A stretch of DNA of 20,630 nucleotides from Ginkgo biloba. Taxonomy: Eukaryota; Plantae; Ginkgophyta. The stretch lies in the NCBI GenBank assembly GCA_024626585.2, contig JANKJI020000004.1, positions 152,237,753 to 152,258,382 of the forward strand. Direction: 5' to 3'. Made by a program: the position numbers and the translations under genes. Shown one piece after another: positions 1-9,982 of this stretch; position 1 is the stretch's first letter, and the number at the start of each line of letters is the position of its first letter. The notes beneath the pieces were generated by a model that saw nothing but the letters and a program-made list of their open reading frames with translations, was not told the origin of the DNA and did no database searches.

Positions 1-291
1 CACGGTGATGTGGGGAACACACTATTGGACCATTCTATCTCAATTCTATTTTTTAGTAATTATTTTTGCAATAGGTTCTCCCAGCCTTCTGTTACTTTCT
101 AGTGTCTTTCGGATTTGAATTCGGGCCACTAATGAAGTCCACTCGTTGTTTGAAGACAATAGGTCATTTTTGACATTTGCATTCCGTTCTTCTTACTCAG
201 AGATTCACTATCCCATTTTATTACTCCACTAAGGTCTCCCATCATATAATTGATCAACTAAACCTTCCATAGGTGCCCACAAATCCATTTC

Positions 292-303
292 ACTTTGATA
301 CCA
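292..303 (-). promoter_or_regulatory. Primer-binding site (tRNA-iMet type)
   Basis: TGGTATCAAAGT versus consensus TGGTATCAGAGC; both differences are transitions. Confidence 0.8.
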
Positions 304-519
304 TATTAGAATTCATGTAGAGAGAAGAGAGAACAATACATAAGCGGGAAACAATTCATATTTGATTCAATCACAGTCATGTGAGTTCATATGAAATATT
401 ATAAATATTTATAAATGATTCATAGCCCTTCGTTGAATCATCATAACCCTAGGGATCCAACCCTAGGTTAATATATAATTAAACATTAATTAACTTATTA
501 ATTTTGCATTATTCCAACA
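304..519 (-). repeat. Long terminal repeat, about 216 bp
   Basis: Minus strand begins TGTTGGAAT and ends ATTCTAATA, immediately followed by the PBS; it contains AT-rich TATA-like runs. Confidence 0.75.
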
Positions 520-909
520 TCATGCATTACATTTGGCTGAATTTCATGCCTTCCTTACAATCACTGCTGACATTATTTTCTAGTAGCTTGATTTTACATT
601 GATATCCATTAAGTCACATAGTGTTTCATCCACTCCAAATCCATCATTTTATTGCACCATATTGTTGGTAGCCTTAACATTGTAACAAATTAATGGCATT
701 GAAAGTGCTACATTTAAACCTCTTCCAACCTTCCATTCAATAATTTTACTTTGCATTCTTCATTCCCTTTTGTTATTTGTTCTATGCTCATGAGGTCATT
801 TTTCACCTAGATTCCACGGAGAAACATTCTTAATGATGAGTGCAATTTTTGGAGTTGTATTATATATCATTAGGTATGTGCTTGTACCTTGTTGTAATGG
901 AAGTTTCAT
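520..909 (-). pseudogene. Possible decayed ORF of unknown function, abutting the LTR at 519
   Basis: From ATG at 909 one frame reads MKLPLQQGTSTYLMIYNTTPKIALIIKNVSPWNLGEK*PHEHRTNNKRE*RMQSKIIEWKVGRGLNVALSMPLICYNVKATNNMVQ*NDGFGVDETLCDLMDINVKSSY*KIMSAVIVRKA*NSAKCNA*. This is 130 codons with 5 internal stops and no recognised domain. Confidence 0.25.
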
Positions 910-2554
910 ATGTAATTTTAATTTAACTTTTAAGAGCTTTCTTGTATATCCTAAGCTTCACACATTTTTTCCATCTACCATTTTTTATCTTTTTAAACTA
1001 AACTAACATATTCAAGGTCTACATTATTGTATTCATTTACTATTATATTTGTATCATATAATGGAAAATTTTATATATATGATATAAATGTGTATTATAT
1101 TGGATGGGTGGAAAGCTTGCACATATGTATAAATATAACAAAATATAAATTATTCTTTTATGCACATTTATATTATATGACTAAGCAATTTTTATGTTTA
1201 ATTAATGATGGTCATTAATAAGGCCATGAGAGAACTATTTATCAAAGGATTATTTTAATAAAATTGTAATAATATTTCAATGGTTTAGCATGGTATTTTT
1301 GTTACAATTGTAGATCTCTTTCGAGATTATACTAAGCAATATTAAGTAAGTATAGTAAGGAATCAATTAGTCATGTTTTAGGGGGGAATTTTTTGATAAT
1401 TACAATTGTAAATAATCAATGTTTTTGGTAAAATATTTTTAAATAACGATTAATAAAAGATAATTATGGTTATATTTCCTAGATGCTATTAGGAAAAAAA
1501 CTTACGTTAGATTTTTGTTTTATCTTTCTAGTTTGTAGTAGTGTTAAGTACACATTATAAATTCACTAAGAAATCCTATGCACCCACATCATTGAAGAAA
1601 ATAATTATTTATCATTTTCCATTGGACATGATTGATGTATATATAATGGGATGGAATGATTAATAAGATCCATATATAGTTATCTCTTATAATTAGTATA
1701 TATACTCTAGAAAAATACACCAATTATAGAGTATCATGAGCTATAGATGCTTCTTTCTTTATCTAACTATCTATAATCTAATCATTTGTTTAATCTTGAA
1801 CTTCCTCATATTATTCATTTGTTATTTTAACCCCCATAATCAATAAAAGGGTGTTCTGATGAGAAATTAGAGTAATAGTCACAAAGTGTACTAAGAAGAA
1901 TTTTAATGAGAAAAGGNNNNNNNNNNNNNNNNNNNNNNNNNNNNNNNNNNNNNNNNNNNNNNNNNNNNNNNNNNNNNNNNNNNNNNNNNNNNNNNNNNNN
2001 NNNNNNNNNNNNNNNNNNNNNNNNNNNNNNNNNNNNNNNNNNNNNNNNNNNNNNNNNNNNNNNNNNNNNNNNNNNNNNNNNNNNNNNNNNNNNNNNNNNN
2101 NNNNNNNNNNNNNNNNNNNNNNNNNNNNNNNNNNNNNNNNNNNNNNNNNNNNNNNNNNNNNNNNNNNNNNNNNNNNNNNNNNNNNNNNNNNNNNNNNNNN
2201 NNNNNNNNNNNNNNNNNNNNNNNNNNNNNNNNNNNNNNNNNNNNNNNNNNNNNNNNNNNNNNNNNNNNNNNNNNNNNNNNNNNNNNNNNNNNNNNNNNNN
2301 NNNNNNNNNNNNNNNNNNNNNNNNNNNNNNNNNNNNNNNNNNNNNNNNNNNNNNNNNNNNNNNNNNNNNNNNNNNNNNNNNNNNNNNNNNNNNNNNNNNN
2401 NNNNNNNNNNNNNNNNNNNNNNNNNNNNNNNNNNNNNNNNNNNNNNNNNNNNNNNNNNNNNCCATATATGTAATCACTATATATTCATTAGAATTTTGCA
2501 GCAATATTTATTTTTCTCTTAAATGATTATAGGCTAATTGAATTATAACAACAT

Positions 2555-3333
2555 TTGGCAAGTCGTGGTAAATGGACTGAGATAATGGAACTACAAATCC
2601 ATGAATATCTTGATAGCCATGAGTTCTCTTTGAAGGACATGACGTGGAAAATCAATCAGGAAGATCGTATTGCATTGATACCATACAATATACTTGACAA
2701 TTTTATTACTGGAGAGCAAATGAATGTAGATTCACCTTGTCATTTTATGGTGAAACAACGTAGAAGTAACGATATCCAAGAAAATTCCATGTACAAGGCT
2801 AATGCATTTTTAGAGTATGTAATGTGAGTATAATTTTATTTATATCTATTTTCTCTTTTAATTTTATTGGTTTAGATATGCTTAGATTGATTTTAATATT
2901 TCTTGTTATGGGTTTCATTTAATTTTTGGTGTTTGTATGGGCTTGACGATAAGAGAGAATGAATAATAGAACTCAAGTGAAGGGGAAAACCTATACATAA
3001 GAGAGGATACATGGGTTATTTCATAATGAAAAGGTTGGTTACTAAAATTTTAATGGAAATGATAATTTATAATAATGATAAGCATGTATAAAAACATGGC
3101 TTCCCTTACCACATAGTAGAAGATGAGTCGTGCGAAGGTAGGTGGTCCATGCACCCCATTTGTTAGATGAATTACATATGATTGTTGAGAAGATATATAA
3201 TCAAGTATTGATAATTGATAAGGTGTTTGAGGATTTTCTTAAGGAGAAGAGAAACCATTAATATGTAATGCAATATTTATCAAGTTGAGATGATATTTAG
3301 TTGAAGAGAGATATTAGCAACATCTTCAATCTC
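2555..3333 (+). pseudogene. Decayed MULE-related / SWIM zinc-finger family gene (At1g60560/At4g13970-like N-terminus); exon 1 2555-2823, intron 2824-2922, exon 2 2923-3333
   Basis: Exon 1 (KWTEIMELQI..HEFSLKDMTW..DRIALIPYNILDNFITGE..PCHF.V..RR..LEYV) matches the family as I recall it (RWDEILSLPV..EFS..DLVW..DRVALIPF.RVDDFVRGE..PTRFHV..RR..LEYIL). Exon 2 (FWCLYGLDD..KRGYMGYFIMKRL..IIYNNDKHV*KHGFPYH..HAPHLLDEL..*DDI*LKRDISNIF) matches YWCSFGPDD..KRGCTCHFIVKRL..IIYNQDKHVDKKGLPCH..APYISEDL..RDDLL. Donor GTGAGT is at 2824 and the acceptor AG has decayed to AA at 2921-2922, with consistent phase. There are multiple stops and at least one frameshift. Confidence 0.85.
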
Positions 3334-3696
3334 TGTTCATAAGAGATACTTTTGTTGATTTATTCATAGATCTACTACCTTCTTCAACTCTAGTATATAT
3401 AATCTAACCTCATGCACTCACACACATATAGTTCACAATAGAGTCTTAGAGTTTTGGCATGAGCCTCCACTCTGATATAACAATCATAACATGAAGGAGA
3501 GAGATTTAACCATATTTCTATATTATTAAGAAAGACCATAGTATATAATAATATGTGAAATTCATCCATTAGACTTCCTAACCCTTCGAATTCCTAACTC
3601 TTGGACTTCCCAACATGATACATATTATTCTCACATGTCACATTAATTATTTTTTATAACATTATGTGACCACTAATAACATTAACTTATCTAACA
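3334..3696 (-). mobile_element. LTR of a retrotransposon interrupting the SWIM/MULE relic (left boundary either 3334 or ~3478)
   Basis: On minus, the polypurine tract AAAGGGGTA (3697-3705) is followed by TGTTAGAT at 3696. The segment ends ...ATGAACA at 3334 (TGTT/AACA termini), exactly where the SWIM-like frame stops. Confidence 0.65.
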
Positions 3697-4560
3697 TACC
3701 CCTTTAATGTTAGTTAGGGGTCACAATGAGGTGTTGGCATTACCTAAGATACCCCCTTAATGAAAACCCCATACACTCAAAGAACATAGGTCCTGCCTGC
3801 CACTTTAGATCTTATAGCTAAAAAGGCACCCATTTACAAGATAACATTTACATGTTTTTTTTGTGATTGTCCTTATAATTCAATAGACCACCATTCAGTA
3901 ATATCATAATGAATTCAACTTTCATAATCTTGTGGGTCTTCATCCCCACTCTATGGTTACATTGTCCACCTCCATCTATGTCTCCTATATCCCAAAACTG
4001 TGGTTGTTTACCACCACCATACAAACATCTCTATAAATTATCTTCTACAACATCCTCTTACTCATGGTCATCTCACAACCCATTATTTGTTCTTCATTCA
4101 TGATTCCCAACTATGACCTCTATTTTTTTCTTGATTTGTTCTNNNNNNNNNNNNNNNNNNNNNNNNNNNNNNNNNNNNNNNNNNNNNNNNNNNNNNNNNN
4201 NNNNNNNNNNNNNNNNNNNNNNNNNNNNNNNNNNNNNNNNNNTTCTTCATCCAGGTCTTCATCCATATTTTCATTAGAGTAATAATATTTAGTCATTTTC
4301 TCATCCTTGATGTTGTCATCATCTGATTATTCATCTTTGCTTGCTTCTCTAGGTTCTCCATATTATGAGTCACTTTCTTTGTCCAACTCTTAATTTTATG
4401 AGTCATTTTCTTCTCCACAATCTTCATAGTATCTCTTTGGTTGTTCATTTTCCTTGAACTATTCATATTCCTCTTTATATTTGGATTTGTACCTTTTAAG
4501 TTGATCATATTCTTCCCTATCATGTGCCTTTTCTACTTCATTTTCTTCAAAAGACAAGAA
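3697..4560 (-). mobile_element. Probable 3' internal region of the LTR element, with a decayed acidic low-complexity frame
   Basis: Lies upstream (on minus) of the PPT. Minus frames read ENEVEKAHDREEYDQLKRYK..SDDDNIKDE..NENMDEDLDEE and, across the 100-N gap, ..DDHE*EDVVEDNL*... The minus strand is strongly purine-biased. Continuity across the gap is unproven. Confidence 0.35.
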
Positions 4561-5686
4561 AGCAACCCCACCAGTGGATTCCACTATCCAAGAAACTGAG
4601 ATTAAGGTGAATCAATTATCATTTCATAAAATAATTGAGTTCCATAAGGTTTTATTTGAAGCCTTGTAATTAAGTTCAATGGTTGACACAATAAAATTCC
4701 CAGCTAAAAGGATAAAATGCATCCCTAGAAGGCAAGATAGTGGTGTTTGAATCAACCCTAGTCCCTCCAATGATGTTTTATCACATTACTACCATCATAA
4801 CCCTATAAGATATTGGATAATAAAAAAATATTTGTGTTTTAAATAATTGCAAACATGATTTTTTAGAGTTCATGCATAAGTTGGTGAACAAAGTGGTGCA
4901 GCTAGGATTGAAAATGTGAGAGATGGCATTTTGGATGAAACATTTATCTTGTAGAATTTTATCTAGTTTTAAGGTGTATTCTAAATTCATATATGAGGTG
5001 GATGCTTTATGAAAAAAATAGGTTTTTTAATTTCGTATCTTTGTGGACAAAGGAGTTAGAAAGCCTTATACTAAGGAGGAAGAGGTTGATAATTTTTTAG
5101 ACCTATTTTGTTGTTAATAGAGAGGCTACTCAAGAAATCTCCAAACACATACTATTCATAAGAAATAAAATGTTTGGAGTAAATTATTTTCTTGAGATGA
5201 TGTTAACCCATAAATGGGTCCACTCTTAGATGATGTGTTTATCACAACATAATGAAGACAGTGCCACACAATCAAGAAGTTTGAATTAAATCTTACCATT
5301 AACTTTATCCTGTTGATCTCCACTAACTACCTTCTTCGATTATTTTAGGTTGGAACAAATGAGATCTTATATGAGATTGATGATTAACTATCCTTGGTTT
5401 CTACTGGGATTAACGATCATTTGTGCAAGTGGAATGGGAAACTAGAATCATGAAGTTTTCTTTAAGAAATAAGTTGGAATAAATGAGGAATTTGGTCAAC
5501 AATAATCCTAATAAATCTGAGAATATCCCTCAAAACTGAGGCCATGATTTTATTTTGGTTACAAAATTCATTTAAGTTTGTGGTAANNNNNNNNNNNNNN
5601 NNNNNNNNNNNNNNNNNNNNNNNNNNNNNNNNNNNNNNNNNNNNNNNNNNNNNNNNNNNNNNNNNNNNNNNNNNNNNNNNNNNNNN

Positions 5687-6454
5687 CTTATTTTAATCAT
5701 ATGTCAAGCACTACTAGCGTATGATGATGATAAATTTCTTGAATTTATGATAATGGTACCATACATTTCCAATGACTTATCTTCTTTTGTGCATTTACAC
5801 TAAGATTTTATAATTTAAAATAATTAATCTCTTAGTTGAGGACAAGTTGTTAGTGTGTTTAAAGAGGCATCTTTTTCATTTCATACTTTGAGCACTATTA
5901 GAATTCGTTACATGAGAAGATCATTTATTATCTGAAGAAATTTTTTTCTACTTCTACATAATCTTCAAGCGGTGATGTAGAGTATGGAAAGAAATACCTT
6001 TGATATGTTATTATGTTAAAGCAGTTGGGCGCTACTAGTGATGTCATAATAGAATGATGTAATTGTTTGTCCATAGAATTTTAGCTACCTAAATAGTTCA
6101 CTTCATGCCATTGTGAAATCTCTTAATAAGGAATTTATAATTGTAGAGTTCTCATGCCATTGTGAAATTTTAATTAGAAGTTTATTTGGGGAATAAATTA
6201 GTACCTAAAGATGTTTGTATGTTAATTTTGGACCCTTCTGTATTGGATTTTTCAATTAGTTCAATGGAAAAAAATATATAGACATCCAAGTAGAAAGAAT
6301 TAATGATCTTTTAAAGAACGTGAAATTCCCAAAATTATACATAGAACTTGTTAAAATAGAAAATAAAGTAAAGGAAAGGACAAGTATATCTACTTAATAG
6401 AATCCAAATTTGACATCATACCAAAAGAAATGGGATTAATGATATGGAATTAAT
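5687..6454 (+). repeat. Unclassified dispersed repeat A, copy 1
   Basis: Co-linear, high similarity with 16200-16887 and 20222-20630 (shared blocks include ATGGTACCATACATTT, GAAATACCTTTGATATGTTATT and GATGTCATAATAGAATGATGTAA). Confidence 0.95.
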
Positions 6455-6456
6455 GA

Positions 6457-6740
6457 TGTAGGAACATCATGATAGCACCTCTATAATGTGTATAATTTTG
6501 GCAAAAGGCAGCGTAGCAAATAACTAAGTAGCAAAAATATATGAATACATATGTGTTTCGACAAATTGATGAAGTTTTGGTTAGAAACCACATTGGTAGA
6601 GTTTTGGTAATCCGATGTCATTAGACACTGAAATCAATAGGGTTTGTGCTACCAACATTGGCATAGGATTATTAAAAGGAAACTTTTAGCTTCGAGAAGA
6701 AAAGATGGGGGCCGATATTGGTGGGAAATATATGATTGAC
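6457..6740 (+). repeat. Repeat B, copy 1; probable LTR start inserted into repeat A
   Basis: Begins TGTAGG just after repeat A copy 1 stops matching copy 2. 6486-6740 aligns with 9984-10240 (ATACATATGTGTTT, TTTTGGTAATC, TATTAAAAGGAAA.TTTTAGCTT, ATGATTGAC). Confidence 0.75.
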
Positions 6741-8294
6741 NNNNNNNNNNNNNNNNNNNNNNNNNNNNNNNNNNNNNNNNNNNNNNNNNNNNNNNNNNNN
6801 NNNNNNNNNNNNNNNNNNNNNNNNNNNNNNNNNNNNNNNNGGTAAATTTGATAAGATGAGGTAAATATGTGACATTCTCCTCATAAATTTCTAAAAAGAT
6901 AAAACCTCAGAGAGAAAATGGTCTTTTCCCCACTACCTTTTGCATGGACCCCAATCAAATGAAGGGAATTAAGTTTAATCAATCTACAAATCTACCTAAG
7001 GTTTAATATTTAAGAATTTAGGGTAATCCAAAAAAGTGGATAAATTAAGTATTTGTTTTATGGATACATGGAACCAAAATAAGAATGNNNNNNNNNNNNN
7101 NNNNNNNNNNNNNNNNNNNNNNNNNNNNNNNNNNNNNNNNNNNNNNNNNNNNNNNNNNNNNNNNNNNNNNNNNNNNNNTTTTAAATATATTTGTAGGTAT
7201 TTCTTATGAGGAAACTTGTCACTAGAAGAGCCTCTCACTAGGCTTGGTCATCAATGAATCATCTTGAAATAGGGGTTATTTAATATTATTGTTCTTCGTA
7301 TGTCATGAATTTAGGTGATGCTACTATAATTTATGATGAGTTATGTGCTATGTCTTTTCTCGTAAATGTGGCAACCAAATCAACCACTATGGAGATAATC
7401 AATCCATAAAGAGTGAAAATGTCTTCTCATTTATTGTTGTTCACTTTTAATCTTATGTAGTCTTTGACTTATCATTATGAAGTGTTGCTCTCTATAGAAT
7501 ATTCAAATAGCATGGGAAGGAGAGCATTGAGAGGATAATGAGCACATACAACCCCACTAGTAGTTAAGGTTANNNNNNNNNNNNNNNNNNNNNNNNNNNN
7601 NNNNNNNNNNNNNNNNNNNNNNNNNNNNNNNNNNNNNNNNNNNNNNNNNNNNNNNNNTAGAAATATGGGCTAATTTAGGCTACCATTTTTCTAGAATTCA
7701 TGCCATGCTACCTTTTGGTTGAATGGTTTGTCTAAATATTCAATTCATAATATAGGACTATAATATCGAATAAAAATTAGGTACTCTATGCTTTGAAACT
7801 TAATGTATTTATAGAGATGTTTCATCATCCCCTCCCCATAGAACATTTTTATTTTTATAAGGAATAAATTTTTTATCAAAGGTACCAAAACCTTTTCATG
7901 ATATTCAATTCTTATTTATTGGGTAAATCCTTTAATGCTTTTTCATTTGTGAAATTTTTAATTCATATTTTGATAGTCTGATTTTGGACCCTAGAAAAAT
8001 CCACTTCATGATATTCCCATAGAACTAAAGGGGTTTGGTATTGGAGTGAATGAAGTCATTTAGGATTTCAAAAATCTATGATGACTTGAATAGTTAGATG
8101 AGCTAATTCACCTACAATCATCCTTCCATACTTAAATAAAAGATAAATATAAGTTGATGGAATCAATTAAAGACTTTTCTTCAAAGTTTTAGAGNNNNNN
8201 NNNNNNNNNNNNNNNNNNNNNNNNNNNNNNNNNNNNNNNNNNNNNNNNNNNNNNNNNNNNNNNNNNNNNNNNNNNNNNNNNNNNNNNNNNNNNN

Positions 8295-9298
8295 CATGAG
8301 CGCCAAAGAGAGAGAAAGACTACTCCTGATGGATTTTTGTGGTCCTAGTGCGATCAGGAAGGCTCAAAGCGACCCAGGAGCGTGCACGGTGAGAGAGGGA
8401 CCCATTATGCAACTAAAGTATATTTGAAGCGCGTGCGCTAGGACAGTGATAAAGGAAAAGGTTGAACAATCACTTGGAAATCCTGGGGCTCCTGGAAGGT
8501 ATCGTATCCCTGACTCATTCAAGGAGCCCTGGTGGTTACCAGGAAGTCATAGGTTTCAAAGAATCAAGATGACCTTGCCCCACTACCACAACTCTCACAT
8601 TTCTTTCCAATTCCACCTATTCCACTCCTTCATATGAATAACGTCAAAATGTGGAGTATGTAACTTATATCGTTCATGTTGGCTTCCCCCTACTTGCATC
8701 ATCTTCTGTCGAGCTCAGTAATCACCATATTCCTTTATCCATCCAACCAGTCCCTTTATAGAAATGTTATTAGTGTCTGGATGCCTTCTAGCAACTTCTC
8801 AGATGCCTTGTGGCTCATCCTTCAAAGATTGCATGAGTCGTAGTATGGCTCATCTGTCCTTGGTGGCAGCGCAAGTCGATCGAGGTCTATTTTTCTGATA
8901 GGTGAAGTGATCACTAGTTCACCTAGGGCAATTTCCCTAAAGAATCGAGTTGTCCCATCCTTGCTCTCATTGCATGTCCTGATCAATCGAGGAGACAGTT
9001 CGGTAGCTAGGATTCACTCGACTTTGATCTTGCCCAGGAGTCTCATTCTCTCCTCGTATCATCTCATTCAATGGCTAATTGATCCTAGTAGCTTTTTGTG
9101 GTCCTAGTACAATTGGGGAGGTTTCAAATGGCCTAGGAGAGTGCGCAGCCTTTGAGGGGTCCACGACGCCACTAAAGAGGATTTAAAGCACCTGCATCAA
9201 AGAGAAAGAAAAAGGGTTGCTCCTGGTAGAGTTGTGCAATCCTTGTGCTACCAAGAGGATTCAAAAGGCCCATGATGGTGCATGATAAAGGGAGGGGT
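8295..9298 (+). repeat. Degenerate ~138-bp repeat units at 8295-8438 and 9083-9298
   Basis: TTTTTGTGGTCCTAGT..CAAA..AGGAG.GTGC..ACTAAAG..ATTT.AAGC occurs at both 8324-8438 and 9083-9198. Units restart at TCCT (9083, 9221), and 8295-8323 matches the unit end (CAAAGAGA.AGAAA). Confidence 0.65.
8566..8868 (+). repeat. Repeat C, copy 1 (unclassified, probably LTR-retrotransposon non-coding region)
   Basis: Aligns with 17736-18048 (CTTGCCCCACTAC, TTCCACCTATTCCA, GAGCTCAGT, GTCCCTTTATAGAA, CAACTTCTCAGA, TGGCTCATCCTT). Confidence 0.85.
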
Positions 9299-9982
9299 AG
9301 GAATCCATGAGTATCCTTGAAGGGATTTCTCCCTGACCTATTTAGGAGGTTATTATAGATGTTATAAATTTATAGATGCTAAGGAGGGTATGACACTTTT
9401 CTTAGGAACATCCTCTTAAGTTATAACACTAAGGAAACAAAGGCACCAAAAATAAGTAGAGGGTCCTAGATAATCACACCATCCATAAGGACTGAGGGTG
9501 TCTTGGTTTCCATTATTGATCAACCTAGGGTTTCTAGAATCTTCTAGGAAATATTTGGAGGTAGGAGAAGCATTTACTATATCATATCTCTCAAATCTCA
9601 TTGACATATAAAATTGTCCTTCTATCACTGGTCCATCCCAAGGTCATGAGGATTTGATTTTCATTATCCCTTTAGTGCCTCTATTAGTTGTTCCTCCTTG
9701 TCTCCTATTATCTCACACATCACCATAAGATCATTATAAATCATCGTTGGATGGAACTAGTGATGCATATCATTTTGAGGTTTTTCCCTCCATGGCCCAT
9801 GCAGATTCAACCACATACCCATTGACTCTGAAAGGAAAACAAACTAAGAGGGAGGTCACCCTTTCTCTAGGAACTCCTACCCNNNNNNNNNNNNNNNNNN
9901 NNNNNNNNNNNNNNNNNNNNNNNNNNNNNNNNNNNNNNNNNNNNNNNNNNNNNNNNNNNNNNNNNNNNNNNNNNNNNNNNNN

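Larger units (their letters stand above)
1..519 (-). mobile_element. 5' end of an LTR retrotransposon: 5' LTR (304-519), PBS (292-303) and start of the internal region running off the window
   Basis: Plus-strand ACTTTGATACCA at 292-303 reads TGGTATCAAAGT on minus, a 2-mismatch match to the canonical tRNA-iMet PBS TGGTATCAGAGC. It directly abuts a 216-bp segment with imperfect inverted termini (TATTAGAAT...ATTCCAACA; TG intact at the minus-strand 5' end, terminal CA decayed to TA). Confidence 0.8.

Noticed and set aside
1027-1218. Short hydrophobic ORFs here and at 19719-20126
   Set aside because: I/F/Y/L-rich composition is expected from AT-rich non-coding DNA, and there are no motifs.
1827-2526. 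Long ORFs of 225 and 206 aa (likewise 18316-19005 and other X-containing ORFs)
   Set aside because: Open only because they run through N gaps.
4293-4523. 76-aa M/K/N-rich ORF
   Set aside because: Off-frame reading of the purine-rich low-complexity stretch; no independent support.
5687-6058. Alternative repeat A frame (LILIICQALLAYDDDKFLEFM...) with an in-phase GT donor at 6059
   Set aside because: Nine stops in 124 codons in copy 1, several shared by all three copies; no better than random, so not called as an exon.
6101-6170. Short spaced direct repeats superficially like a CRISPR array
   Set aside because: Only 2-3 units, irregular spacing, eukaryotic TE context and no cas genes.
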